Below are positions 1-13,019 of a DNA stretch of 64,000 nt, one piece after another; the stretch's first letter is position 1; each line of letters begins with the position of its first letter. The stretch is from assembly GCF_006345805.1 (NCBI RefSeq), contig NC_043000.1, positions 92,690,001 to 92,754,000 of the forward strand, written 5' to 3'. The stretch comes from Octopus sinensis (taxonomy: Eukaryota). A model generated the notes under the pieces. That model saw only the letters and a program-made list of their open reading frames with translations. It was not told where the DNA came from and made no database searches. The position numbers and the translations under genes were made by a program.

Positions 1-735
1 GTAGTGGCTGAACGGGAGAAGGAAACTAAGGTTATTGATACTGCCATACCTGGGGGATGTACAAGTGGATCAAAAAAGAGCTGTAAATGGATGTGTTGTA
101 TGTAGAAAGGTTTTGGTTTTATAAAGCTGTTTTCAAATTTTTTGTTAACTGTTTCAAGTAATAGTTCTTAATTAGTAAATAAAATAATTAACTTGCCGGC
201 AGAGTAAGAATTCTCTGGCTAAGAAGCTGGTATCACACTTCATTGAATCATATCATATTATGTTATATATTAAATGAAGATGATGATGATGGTGATAATG
301 GTGGTGATGGCAATGACAGCGATGACAACAACGATGAAGATGATGATGATGTTGATGATGATGGTGGTGGTGATGGTGGTGGAGGGGATGATGATGATGA
401 GGATGAGGATGATGATGATGATGATGATGATAATCATGAATGCAGGCAATGAAGAAAGCAACTGTCAAGCTAGTTGCTGTAGGGACATTGGAAGAATTAA
501 CAACCAGATTTGAGAAATTTGATGGAGAAACTGGGATTGACATGAGGATAGAACATACTCAGAAAACTGATTTATTGGGGGTAGCATGATATTTTATCCC
601 CAAGAGATCAGTATTTGGCTATTATGTATTGTGGAAGAAGAGTCTGTAAGACTCTTGACAACAGGTTGTTTGATCTTACAGATTTAATTGGACTAAGTGA
701 AACTGAGAGGTCTGAAATGAAAATGAGAGAACTGA
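1..735 (+). mobile_element. Degraded 3' fragment of an R4/Dong-like (restriction-like endonuclease) non-LTR retrotransposon, interrupted at about 90-440
   Basis: 1-55 translates VVAEREKETKVIDTAIPG; about 450-580 translates MKKATVKLVAVGTLEELTTRF and (frame-shifted) GIDMRIEHTQKTDLLG. These match the RLE-LINE C-terminal pattern IIDxAIPGD...IPVVVGALG...LQKxALLG. Confidence 0.6.
109..345 (+). repeat. Local direct duplication, copy 1 (copy 2 at about 1457-1680), followed by a (GAT/GGT)n tract
   Basis: ggttttggtt...gttaactgtttcaag...aagaattctctggctaaga...tatattaaatgaaga occurs at both places with scattered substitutions. Confidence 0.9.
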
Positions 736-739
736 TAAT

Positions 740-955
740 CTTTTCTACTCTAGGCACAAGGCCCAAAATTTTTGGGGAGGGGTCCAGTTGATTAGGTCGA
801 TCTCAGTACACAACTGGTACTTAATTTATCAACCCCAAATGAATGAAAGGCAAAGTCAACCTTGGCGGAATTTGAACTCAGAACGTAAAGACAGATGAAA
901 TACTGCTAAGCATTTTGCCTGGTGTGCTAACGTTTCTACCAGCTCACTGCCTTAA
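740..955 (-). mobile_element. tRNA-derived SINE, family B (aaggcggcgagctggcagaa... type)
   Basis: Reverse complement of the roughly 215-bp unit repeated more than 20 times in the window; B-box-like gagttcaaattcc. Confidence 0.85.
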
Positions 956-2364
956 ATGAAAATAATAATAAAAACAACAATACAACAACAGCAGTAATAA
1001 TGATTTATTGCTAATGAAAGACCCTTTATGCGGTTAATTAACCTTCTAAAAATAGTTGGCAAATCTCCCTCAAATTCCTAAACAGTGGCTTAGCATGGGG
1101 TGTGAGTAAGATGTGTGGATTGTACAGCAGGGTCATTTTATACACTTTTGTTTCCTGCAGTTGAAGATATGTCATGTTTAAGGATTGGACTGACTAATTT
1201 AACAACTACATAGGCATAGAGTAGCCAAGACCCATGTTGTACTAATGGGCTGGTACTTTACTAACAGTAGACTTGAGCACTTAAATCACTTAGTCAAAAC
1301 ATGATACCTACAACCAAATCCCACTGAACTGAGCAAGCCTTAACTCAGCTTGTTTTCCTTTATGCAATTATGTGCATATATGTGCACATCACAGTGCGTG
1401 CATGTGCTTTTAAACATTTGTGTTACATGCATATGTAACCAAAACCTATGTATATAGGTTTTGGTTACATATAGCTATTTACAAAGTTTTTGTTAACTGT
1501 TTCAAGAAATAGTTCTTAATTAGTGAATAAAATAATTAACTTGCCAGCACAGTAAGAATTCTCTGGCTAAGAGGCTGGTATCACACTTCATTGAATCACA
1601 TTATATTATATTATATATTAAATGAAGACGATGATGATGGTGATGGCGATGACAGCGATGACAACAACAATGATGAAGATTACGATGGAGGGGTTGTGGT
1701 GGTTGTGGTGGTGGTGGTGGTGGTGGTGATGAGGATGATATACAGGGATGACAATACTTACGAGTTTCAGGAATATTGGTAAGCATTATATAGAGTAATA
1801 ATGACTGAATGAATCTAATTTCTTTCATTCCAACTGCTGCAGTTTTGGGGTAGCATTTCCCTAATAGATTCTACAGATCTATAGATTATATTATAACAAT
1901 GCCAATGCAATGGAACATACTGCCATCAATGAGTTAATCTTAACAAATACATACATGCACACACACACACACATACACGCACACACACGTACACACACAC
2001 ACACACATGTACACATGCATATATTTATGTATATGAAATAAATGTTTATAAATATATATGTATATATGTATATGTGTATCTGTATAAATAGATATGTTTA
2101 AACACATACACACATATATAGATATAATACAAGTAAGAACATGAAAATGCATTTTGCACATGTTTAATATTAGTTACAATTGTTTCAGTACCCCTATGTT
2201 TCTAAAGTCAATGCCTGTAAACGATTCCATGTGAATAGTTACTCAATACTTCTGATTGATAATATTGGAATGGCTCTTCATCAAACTAGCATCAAGATGT
2301 GTGCTCTTCCATTGACCTATTGTTATTATTATTTACAACTGTCTTAGTATGCACTACAAACACT

Positions 2365-2845
2365 TTCCTCTCTGGTCAATCTCTCATCAACTTATTCAAG
2401 TATCACTTGAAAAGGAAAGTGAGAGTAGAGAGGCAAGTTTTGTCTAGCGAATGTTTCAAAAAAATATGGGTGAATGTAGCAAGGATGGCACGTATGAATG
2501 ATGAAGCCACCTTTAGCATAATCCTTTGAACCCAGAAAAATTTAAAACAGAGGGTTACTTACTTGCAAACAAATGTGTTAACATGTGACATTATTGACCG
2601 AGGTTACCATGATCTTTTCCATAGGCTTTTTTTTCCATGGATAAACCTTATCTGCTTCCCCCTTTACACTTTACATCATGACATTTCTGTGATACACAAT
2701 CCCTATTGATCGTTTTTTTTTCCCTTTTACGATCCCTTTTGATCGAAAACCTACCCCACTTTTTTTTTCTCCCCAAAAAAGAAAAGCTCTACTTTGTAAT
2801 CTGTCCCATTTGTGTGCAGCCGTGTGTGGCTAATAAAGAAACATA
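2365..2845 (+). mobile_element. Probable 5'-truncated 3' end of an L1/Tx1-like LINE
   Basis: Reading frame ...NLFKYHLKRKVRVERQVLSSECFKKIWVNVARM...* followed by a T-rich UTR ending in AATAAA (about 2832). Confidence 0.45.
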
Positions 2846-3109
2846 TTAGTTACATGAGAGTGAATATAACCTGGAATTTGTGTTCAATACTACATTTGAA
2901 ATATACCAATTTTCTACCCTATCAAGACCTACACTACATACACAGACTGTTTGTGCTAAATTTGACAGTTTGCATAAAAGGAAAAGAAAGCACAAAATCC
3001 CAGTGAAATCTTGAAGAACGAACTCAGGACACTGAAACTTTCAGGTAAGATGACAAAGCACCAAAATGCCAGGTGTTTTGCTGGCATTGCAGCAGAAGTG
3101 TTAAGACTG

Positions 3110-3348
3110 GTCCCTCTGGTGGTGTAAAGCACCCATGCAGTGCCATGTAAAAGCGCCCAGCACCCTCTGTAAAGTGGTTGGCATTAGGAAGTTGCATTTA
3201 GCCATAAAAACCATGCTGAATCTGACTGGAGTCTAGTGCAGCTCTTCTGCTTGCCAGCTCTGGTGAAACTGTCCAACCCATGCCAGCATGAACAACGGAC
3301 GTTAAATGATGCTGTAGATAATGATGATGATGATGATGATGATGATGA
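3110..3348 (+). mobile_element. Truncated 3' end of the RTE LINE family with (GAT)n tail
   Basis: gtggttggcattaggaag...gtccaacccatgccagcatg...ggacgttaaatgatg is homologous to 49040-49190. Confidence 0.85.
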
Positions 3349-3349
3349 T

Positions 3350-4445
3350 ATTTCAAAATATCGCCTACTTTATAACAGCGAGATAACAGTTTGCTCAAAG
3401 TAAATGCCCTCAACTTCCACCACAACCTCAAGATGGCTCCAGAACATAGTGCATCTGTTTCTCACTGTAGCCCTGGAAAGACCTTCAAAAACCTCCTCGA
3501 TCTTGGTTTTGATATTTCAGGCAGATGTTGCTGTGTCCTTCTCAATTGTGCCCCATGCATAGTAACCAATAGGATTGTAATCAGAGGAATTAGGAAGCCT
3601 AAAACTAGGACTGGTGAAGTCACAGAAATTCTCCTACAAACACATCTGACTCTTTCTAGTGGTATGGCGAGGAGCTGTTACACATATGGCCTTCCAGCAA
3701 CAACCCTCTCTTACTTGTTTCAGTCATTTGACTGCGGCCATGCTGGAGCACCGCCTTTAGTTGAGCAAATCGACCCCGGGACTTATTCTTTGTAAGCCCA
3801 GTACTTATTCTATCGGTCTCTTTTGCCAAACCGCTAAGTGACGGGGACGTAAACACACCAGCATCGGTTGTCAAGCAATGCTAGAGGGACAAACACAGAC
3901 ACACAAACATATACACACACACTTATATATATATACATATATACAACAGGCTTCTTTCAGTTTCCGTCTACCAAATCCACTTACAAGGCATTGGTCGGCC
4001 TGGGGCTATAGTAGAAGACACTTGCCCAAGATGCCACGCAGTGGGACTGAACCCGGAACCATGTGGTTGGTTAGCAAGCTACTTACCACATAGCCACTCC
4101 TAAGTGTTTGATCATAGTTTCCAATGATTTCGCATAACCATCTGAATTTATCCTAATTCCTTGTTCACTGATGTGGAAAGGCATGATGTCACCCTGACTA
4201 GTAACAAGGACCATGACAGTATGGGGAAACTTGGTTTTTAATGATGTCCTTAACTGCCTTTACAATGAATGTTCAAAAAGCATTGAGCAGCAGTCATGGT
4301 GCCAGCATTTTACTGCCCAGTAGAAATCCTCATGGTATTGGTAAGCCTTTTCCTGTATTCAATTGGTTTTTCTCATCTACAACTTTAAACATTATGCTCT
4401 CCAATGACAATGACTATTCACCAATACGTCAAGCTGTTCCAGAAA
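3350..4445 (-). pseudogene. Tc1/mariner-superfamily transposase fossil, split by a SINE at 3706-4102
   Basis: Minus-strand KTKFPHTVMVLVTSQGDIMPFHISEQGIRINSDGY and PNSSDYNPIGYYAWG...FWSHLEVVVEVEGIYFE (SPDxNPLDYxxWG motif and the C-terminal GxYFE). Confidence 0.75.
3706..4102 (-). mobile_element. tRNA-derived SINE, family A (CORE-like CCTTGGGCAAG; internal CA/TA microsatellite)
   Basis: Minus-strand head ggagtggctatgtggtaag...ggttccgggttcagtccc (A and B boxes); more than 10 near-identical copies in the window. Confidence 0.9.
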
Positions 4446-4668
4446 AACAAAAACACGTAAAGATAATCAAATTTAAGCTTGAATAGCCCATATGTATGCA
4501 TGTATGTATGTATACATGTATGTATGTATGTGTGTGTATGCGTGTGTGTTTGTATGTATGTATACAGAGAGAGAGAGAGAGAGAGACTGGTAGATTAGAT
4601 AGATACATAGATATGTACATACACATGTAATACATATGTGCATGTGCATATATATATATATATATATA

Positions 4669-4783
4669 TCACGTGATCACGTGACTGACCAGACCATCAG
4701 ATGTTGCAACACATCGCTGGTCACAATGCGTTCGCATTGTTTTAGCCTTCGAATGATGCCACCCCGCTGGCTAAGCGAGCAGG

Positions 4784-4788
<5 letters not shown>
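4669..4788 (-). mobile_element. Truncated 3' part of a SINE, inside (TA)n
   Basis: Reverse-complement homology to 54301-54418 (ttggcc...ggtggcatcattc...gcgcattgtgaccag). Confidence 0.7.
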
Positions 4789-4822
<34 letters not shown>

Positions 4823-6544
4823 ATATATATATATATATATATCTCATCATCATCATCATCGTTTAGCGTCCGTTTTCCATGCTAGCATGGGTTATATATA
4901 TGTATATATGTATATACACACAAACACACACATATATATATTTATCATTAGCCTATGTGTATGTACACACACATATATGCACACACACACACACTCTCAC
5001 ACACACATGCATTCACATACACACACACAGATATATGCTAACAATTAAATAAGTTACATAAAACCATCATCAGACAGTTAATTTTTTTTCAGCATAAATC
5101 TTGCTAACATATTTGTAGGAAATACTATATATTTCTGTTTTAACATTATGGGGAAATTAGAAGAATGTTATCCAGGCATTATTCAGGTATTGTGACAATG
5201 AATTATCATACTTAATCATCAATAACTTTGAAACAATATCAATAAATATGTTAAACAATAAACAAATTTTTAAAAGTTCATAATAAAAATGTAATTGGAG
5301 GCAAAATAGAGAAGGGTTGGAAGGAGAGAGAAATAAAAAAATAATACAGAATAATGTGATCTGTATTTATGTAAAATATAATTTGAGCATGTTCATGTAT
5401 GCATGGGCCCTAATTTGGATGTATGCATGTACATACATTTATATTCATGCTGTAGTTACATGGAGAGTTAAATAGAGGTATAGGCAGGGGAAAGGTAGGA
5501 ACAGGGGAGACCTGTTTATGAGTATAGGTAGTTGAGTAGTAGTGACAATGCTTAGTTATGTAGTGTTTCTCAAAGTGTCTGCTTTTTTTGAAGATCTCTG
5601 ATCATCTGTTGGGAATGTGTTCAGTATTTTTTAAGAATTTTCAGAATAAAGCATTGAAGATGAAATAGCTGGAGGAAAATACGGAGCTGTAGCAACATGT
5701 GGCTGGCATTAATTGACTCCGAGTAGGCCTGAGTCATGTGAAATGAAGTTCTATGGTAGAGGACACAATGTGAGGAATTGAATTCTAGACCATATAAATA
5801 TGACTCGAGCTCACTCAATCAAATGTGTGTGTGTGTGTGTGTGTGTGTGCACATATATATAGGAACATATAATTGTATATATGTATATGTGTGTGTATAT
5901 ATATTTACATATACTGTGTGTGCTTGCTAAGGTGTATGTATGTATGGATGTGGGTGTATATCAACCATGTGTGAATACACATGTGCATGAAGATGTGGGT
6001 GCATAGGTGTATATGTCAGCAGTGTGTATCAGTTACATGTTTATCAGTTGTATGAGTATGCATTTGTGTGTACATGTGTGTGTGTTAGCAAATATGTGTG
6101 CATTAGTACCTACTGTATATGCATGTGTGTGTGAGTTTAGGATGCATGTATGGGTGTTTGAGCATATAGATAACTAAGGAATGTAAGTGTGTGCATTCCT
6201 TTATTTATATGCGTGTGTATGAATATTTGCATTTGCTTAGAAGAGCATGGATGCATGCGTGATTTAGTCTGGTGTTTGCATGTGTGTATACATACATATG
6301 CAAGACTTTGGGATTTACATGTGCGAGCGTAACAGATGTATGACATACATACATCTTCACTGGTCATGTATTTGACAGCCTGTAAGACCCTTCAAAGATT
6401 GGCCAGACAACAAGGCACCAACAGCTTCCTACATATCCTTATTTGGTCAACTGAACCAGATGAGCTAGCTTTCTGTAAGAACCTTATGAAGCTTCAAGAC
6501 ACATGTGGCCAAATCAAACTGTTTTAAATAATAATAATGAAAAT

Positions 6545-6760
6545 CATTTCAAATTTTGACAAAAGGCCAGCAAATTTGTAGGAGGGGACTAGTTGATTAC
6601 ATCAACCCCAGTGACCAACTAGTTCTTATTTTATTGATGCAGAAAGGAAGAAAAGTGAAGTCAACTTCAGTGGAATTTAAACTCAGAAAGTATAAATAGA
6701 AGAAACATCACTAAGCATTTTGCCCAGCATGCTAACAATTCTGCCAACTCATTGCCTTAG
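6545..6760 (-). mobile_element. SINE family B copy
   Basis: Homologous to 740-955. Confidence 0.8.
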
Positions 6761-6783
6761 AAATAATAATGGTAATGATAATA

Positions 6784-7798
6784 TCTATATATATAAAACT
6801 GTAGTTGTGTGAGTGTCTGTCCCCTTCGATTTAGATTCCTAACTACTCCCACATTTTGCGGTGCAGTTTAACCAAATTCGGGTATCTTATAGTCGTGATT
6901 CATATCGAGCCCGTCTGGGTATTAGCGCGCGTCTACGATGAGTCTACGATTTTAAAAATAATTTAACATCATTTTTTATTCCATTTTAATGCATATTTTT
7001 TCGTGTGTCGATGGCGGCGGAGTAGGCGTCCATGCTCACACATGCACCTGTGTTGCTTCTCCCCCTTCTTCCCTCCCTCCTGAAGCTGTGGGGAAGGGAG
7101 TGTAAGGAAATCAACGTCGTAATGCGTTGTCAAGGAGACCAGCGTTCTTTTAGAACAACGACTTCATGGCTTGAAGTCGCCAAAACAGAAATCGCTAATA
7201 GAGCTGAAACAGATCCACAAAAACGGCAATTACCGCCACGCAGGGCAGGTTTCCTGTGCAAACAATTTGCACAACCGAATGTTTTAGTTGTTGCACAAAT
7301 CTTTATATATAAAAGTAAGGTTGTGTGTCTGTCTCCTACGATTTAGATTCCTAACTACTCCCACATTTTGCGGTGCAGTGTAACCAAAACCGGGTATCTT
7401 ATAGTCGTGATTCATATCGAGCCCTTCTGGGTATTAACGCGCGTCTACGATGAGTCTACGATTTAAAAAAAAATTACCATAATTTTTTATTCCATTTTAA
7501 TGCATTTTTCGCTGTTATATAAGGGAAGTAACTCTCTAAAAATGTCTACGATGAGTCAACGATTAAAAAAAAAATTACCATAATTTTTTATTCCATTTTA
7601 ATGCATTTTTCGCTATTATATAAGAGAAGTAACTCTCTAGAAATGTCTACGATGAGTCAACGATTTAAAAAAAAAATTACCATCATTTTTTATTCCATTT
7701 TTAATGCTTCTTTTGCTATTTTTTTGCTATAACTCACTAAAAATGCTTATATAGTTATTTCCCTTACAAACCCGAGCAACGCCGGGCGATACTGCTAG
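6784..7798 (+). mobile_element. Non-autonomous Helitron (composite, with two 5' ends and about 100-bp internal tandem subrepeats)
   Basis: Starts A|TCTATATATATAAAA and ends with the GC hairpin cccgagcaacgccggg followed by CTAG|T; no TSD; second TCTTTATATATAAAA start at 7300; homologous copy at 9891-10525. Confidence 0.85.
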
Positions 7799-7807
7799 TA
7801 TATTTAT

Positions 7808-8020
7808 AAAGCAGCAAGCTGGCAGAAACGTGGGCACACCAGGCAAAATTCTTAGTAGTGTTTCGTCTATCTTTACATTCTGAGTCCAAATTCTGCCGAG
7901 GTCAACTTTGCCTTTCATCTTTTTGGGATCAATAAACTGAGTACCAGTTGCATACTAGGGTCGATCGACTGCCCCCCCCCCTCCCCAGAAATTTTGGGCC
8001 TTGTGCTAGTGTAGGAAACG
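7808..8020 (+). mobile_element. SINE family B copy
   Basis: aagcagcaagctggcagaaac...ctgagtccaaattctgccgaggtcaactttgcctttcatc. Confidence 0.8.
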
Positions 8021-8239
8021 ATGATATATATGTATATGATGGGCTTTTTTCAGTTTCCACCTGCCAAATTCGCTCACAACAGGCCATTTGGCTAAAAGCT
8101 ATAGTAGAAGAACATGGCAAAACTGGACACGAAACCACCTGGTTGGGGAAAAAACTTCTTACCAGACAATCATGCCTGTACATACGCTTACATACAAATA
8201 TATAGATATGATATAAGTATATACACACACACACATATT

Positions 8240-8336
8240 TATTCTTTTATTCTTTCATTTATTTCAGTCATTTGACTGTGGGCATGCTGGAGCACCACCT
8301 TTAGTCGAATAAATCGACCCCAGACACAAAAATATA

Positions 8337-8372
<36 letters not shown>

Positions 8373-8533
8373 TATATATTTGTTTATGACAGGATTCTTT
8401 CAATTTCTGTCTGCCAAATCCACTCAAAAAGGCTTTGGTCAGCCTGAGGCTATAGTTGAAGACTCTTGCTCAAGATGCCATGCAGTGGGACTGAACCTGG
8501 AAACATGTGGTTGGTAAGCAAGCTACTCCTGTA
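8240..8533 (-). mobile_element. SINE family A copy (internally deleted); a further partial copy lies at about 8038-8180
   Basis: tttcagtcatttgactgtgggcatgctggagcaccacc...atgtggttggtaagcaagctac. Confidence 0.8.
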
Positions 8534-8557
8534 TAAATACATATATATATATATATA

Positions 8558-8988
8558 TCTTATTATAAAAGGCAGATTTTATCTGCCTCCCTTTGGGAGT
8601 TATACAAATCTACAATATAGGATTTCTTCAATTACAATTTACCTAGCATTTTTAAGAGTACAATGCATCGCGTCATGCCAGGTCCAGTTTTTAAAATTTA
8701 AACTCCAATTAAGCAAAATTTACAGAAAACTCACATTCTGGTGTGTGTGTCAAATGCTTTTCTTAGTCTGGTTTACACCACACGCAAACGCACACACACA
8801 GTGGGCAACGAATAAAGTGAAACTAGATGTAATATTTGTTTCTCTCTATCACGCTGATAGATACATGAGTAAAATGTATGGGAAGCTAACACATAAGTGT
8901 GAGTGAAAATGTTCTTGGAAGAGAGTAAATAGCCAGAGATAGTGATTTGAGGAAGACTACATTAAATAACCGTAGTGGCTTGTGTTAG
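8558..8988 (+). mobile_element. Possible second non-autonomous Helitron family
   Basis: Starts A|TCTTATTATAAAAG after (TA)n and ends ...gttag|t. The 3' hairpin is poor and there is only one copy in the window. Confidence 0.35.
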
Positions 8989-9614
8989 TAATAAAGTAAA
9001 CATACACTCATACATACATACATACATACATACATACATACATACATACATACATACATACATACACACACACACCACACACATACATACATACACACAC
9101 ACATACATACATACACACATACATACATACATATACATACATACATATACATACATACACACACACACACACATACACACACACACAGTATTGAAGCTTG
9201 AGAACAATCAGATACATTTGCAACACATCTGTTGAAAATATTATTGTTCACACACATACATATACATATATACATACAGACAGACAGACAGATAGACACA
9301 CACACACACACATGATCCAGCATGGCCACAACCTCAAGGCTGAAACATATAAAAGAATAACAGAATATAAATGTGTGCATGTGTGTGAGAGAGAAAGTGT
9401 GTGTGTATATGTATGTATGTATGTATGTATATATATATAATAATGCGGTTTTTTCAACAGCTTGAACTAAAAGTCAGAGGGGAATGGGATAAACTACTTA
9501 TATTAACTTGCTATAAAAGCAGGTAGTAATTTTATCTTGTCCTTATTCATAGTGCAAGTTTTGAAGAGTGCATTTCGATTTTAACAGCTATTTTTTTCAA
9601 AGCTATATTGGAAC

Positions 9615-9866
9615 AGCCTAGAAGACGAGCCTCATCCTGAAAGATCTGTAGAACTCGACAAGGACATCCTGAAAACCCTGGTGGAACAAAATCTCATCGT
9701 AACTGTTGAGGAACTAGCAGAGAAGCTTGGATTTGGTCATTCAACCATTCATTGAGACCTGTGTGCTATCGGAAAAGTCAGCAAATTGGGTCAATGGGTT
9801 CCTCACGAACTTTCCGAGTCTAATTGCATGCAGAGAGTGAATGTATGCTTTTCTTTGCTGTCACAT
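9615..9866 (+). pseudogene. Mariner transposase fragment (HTH to WVPHEL linker)
   Basis: SLEDEPHPERSVELDKDILKTLVEQNLIVTVEELAEKLGFGHSTIH*DLCAIGKVSKLGQWVPHELSESN; contains the mariner WVPHEL motif and an in-frame stop. Confidence 0.9.
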
Positions 9867-9890
9867 CTCACCACTACTGCGCTATGTATA

Positions 9891-10525
9891 TCTATATATA
9901 TAAAACTGTAGTTGTGTGAGTGTCTGTCCCTTTCGATTTAGATTCCTAACTACTCCCACATTTTGCGGTGCAGTTTAACCAAATTCGGGTAGCTTATAGT
10001 CGTGATTCATATCGAGCCCGTCTGAGTATTAGCGCGCGTCTACGATGAGTCTACGATTTTAAAAATAATTTAACATCATTTTTTATTCCATTTTAATGCA
10101 TAATTTTTCGTGTGTCGATGGCGGCGGAGTTGGCGTCCACGCTCACACCTGCACCTGTGGGGAAGGGAGTGTAAGGAAATCAACGTCGTAATGCGTTGTC
10201 AAGGAGACCAGCGTTCTTTTAGAACAACGACTTCATGGCTTGAAGACACCAAAACAGAAATGGCTAAGAAAGCGTCTACATGAGTCTACGATTTAAAAAA
10301 AATTTACCATAGTTTTTTTTCCATTTTAATGCATTTTTTCGCTATTATATAAGGGAAGTAACTCTCTAAAAATGTCTACGATGAGTCAACGATTTTTCAA
10401 AAAATTTACCATCATAATTTTTCCATTTTAATGCATTTTTTGCTATTTTTTGGCTATAACTCTCTAAAAATGCTTATATAGTTATTTCCCTTACAAACCC
10501 GAGCAACGCCGGGCGATACTGCTAG
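9891..10525 (+). mobile_element. Non-autonomous Helitron, internally deleted relative to 6784-7798
   Basis: Same 5' TC end, same 3' hairpin plus CTAG, inserted between A and T. Confidence 0.85.
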
Positions 10526-10535
10526 TATATATATA

Positions 10536-10584
<49 letters not shown>

Positions 10585-10666
10585 TATATACATATATATA
10601 TACACACACACATATATATACACACACATATATATATACACACACATATATATATATTCTTATATA

Positions 10667-10714
<48 letters not shown>

Positions 10715-10817
10715 CATATACATATGTATATATGCATATATATACATATGTATATATACATTTATATATATACATAGATATATATATACATATATATATA
10801 TACATACATATATATAC

Positions 10818-10849
<32 letters not shown>

Positions 10850-11344
10850 ATAAATATGTATATATGTATATAAAGAGAAGTCAAAATAGATAATGATCAA
10901 GCAGAAAACATGATAGACAGACAAAGACAATTTCACAGACACAGATGAACACTCTGACTCACCTTCAGACATACATGCACTCGTACACACACACACACAT
11001 ATACACACACTCATACATACACATATACACGTGCCATATCATACCATACTATGCCCCATATTATCTTGGGTAAGAGAAGCTGAAAACAATGGCAAGGGTT
11101 ATTTCTGCAGAAGGCCAGTTACTCAGGTAAAAAAAATGTTATCCACGTGAAGGAGGTACTTATGTAAACACTTGACATTAGTTTCTTGTGTCTTTGGAGT
11201 ATTAAGACATTTATTGTTTCCTTTTGTTATATTTTTGGTGCTGTTTGCTTCAGTATGGCCTGAATCTTAGCATATGGAGACTTTCACACAATGAAAATGC
11301 AAACACTTGACTATGCATATATTTGTAATTATATACTTTTATTT

Positions 11345-11564
11345 TTTTTTATTGTTTTACTTCTTTCAGTCATTTGACTGCGGCCATGCTGGAGCACCAG
11401 GACTTATTCTTTGTTAAGCTTAGTACTTATTCTATCTGTCTCTTTTGCCAAACCGCTAAGGTACGGGGTCATAAACGCACCAACATTGGTTGTCAAGCGA
11501 TGTTGTGGGGGCAAACGCAAACACACAAACATATACAAACACTACATTTAAACATACACATACA

Positions 11565-11606
<42 letters not shown>

Positions 11607-11751
11607 TACATATACGGTGGGCTTCTTTCAGTTTCTGTTTACCAAATCCACTCACAAGGCTTTGGTCGGCATGAGGCCATAGCAGAAGACACTTGCCCAA
11701 GGTGCCATGCAATGGGACTGAACCTTGAACCATGTGTTTGGTAAGCAAGCT
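11345..11751 (-). mobile_element. SINE family A copy whose head is split by the L1/Tx1-like insertion (rest of the head at 14748-14790)
   Basis: The SINE stops at ...ggtaagcaagct and resumes at 14748 ggtaagcaagctacttaccacac. Confidence 0.9.
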
Positions 11752-11929
11752 TCTTTATTTCAATAAATTTGCCTTGTAGGCATAATACAGAGGGGACAAA
11801 CAAGGGCAGACAAACATAGAATGGTGAAGTCGCTTAAAGCGTTGTTATGAATCGATTAAAAATATGAAAAAAGTAAAAAATTAAAAATAAAATAAAATAA
11901 AATATATTGCATTATGCAATGTGACACCG

Positions 11930-12955
11930 AAGGAAAGACATTCGACATCAGGGTAGGGCCTTTGCTTTTCTTCCAGGGCTCCACTCACTTGGTGCCAATC
12001 ACTCCCATCAATGACAACAGTTGTTCTGTGAAAACTATCAATCATGATAATTCTGGACATCCCATGGACGTGTGCAAGATGGTTTCCTTGTCCTGCCCCC
12101 ACCTCAGACATGACGGTGAGACAGCACTTCCGTGCCTTGACAGCTTCTCACAAACTTGTAATGCCACATGGAAGCACTGCCAAGCCAGGGATTTCAAGTA
12201 ATTATCCAGAAATAGACTTGTTCAGCTTCCAGTGACTGGATCCTCCTTAACTGCACTATCTACATTCAGCCTATACTTAATCATTCTATGGTCCATGTAG
12301 GATTCCTGAACAAGCTGTGGACAACTAAAGCTAGCCTTATCTCAAGCTCTTATCACAATCCTATCTAAGTAAGATTTGAGCCTTCTGTTGCCATTCACCC
12401 AGGTTCACACTGGGACGTTTGGATGGTCAAGTCTGCAATGATCTGCTAGCTGAAATCACTTAAGCAGATCTATGAAACGTGAGTACATTTTCCTATCAAT
12501 TGAGCCAATGCTATCTATGCATGCATCAACTATAGCGTTATAGTCACCTAACACCACTAATGTCTTCGACGCTACAAGAAAGTTCTCTAGGCGCTGATAA
12601 AAATCAGTTTGTAATCCTCTAGCACAGGGTGCATAGATTCCAATCAACCTGAAGGCTCTACCACTGTACATCATATCAAGGACGACCATTCCACCTTCAG
12701 GGTCCACATAGACTGTACCTGTCTGCAGAGTCAAGCCTTTTTGGGTGAGTACTACTACACCCACTTGACCTCTGGAGAAATGATTTTCTCATGGCCATTC
12801 AGGAGGGGTGAGAAGGTTTGTAGACTGTCCAGCTTGGTCTTTGTAGCAACCGTTATATGTATATCATGTGATCTGAGGTCGTCGAGCAGGCAAGCTTGAT
12901 TCCACTTTGAGCTCAGATCACGTGCATTTAAGCACCCCAAGTTAAGTGAAGCCAT
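11930..12955 (-). pseudogene. Disrupted ORF2: APE endonuclease joined directly to the C-terminal Cys-rich region
   Basis: MASLNLGCLNAR, FRLIGIYAP, VVLGDYNA, SYLDRI, MDHRMI, HWKLN; then at about 12208 DNYLKSLAWQCFHVAL...CLRW...ETILH...CP. No YADD-type RT region. Confidence 0.8.
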
Positions 12956-13019
12956 ACGCCTGGGAGAAAAAAACAAAGGCTTTACTTACCCTTACTTGGA
13001 GGTGATGAGGTGACCTCAC

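Noticed and set aside
7032-7346. 104-aa ORF with a signal-peptide-like start
   Set aside because: It lies inside a non-autonomous Helitron and is broken by deletions in the second copy at 9891-10525.
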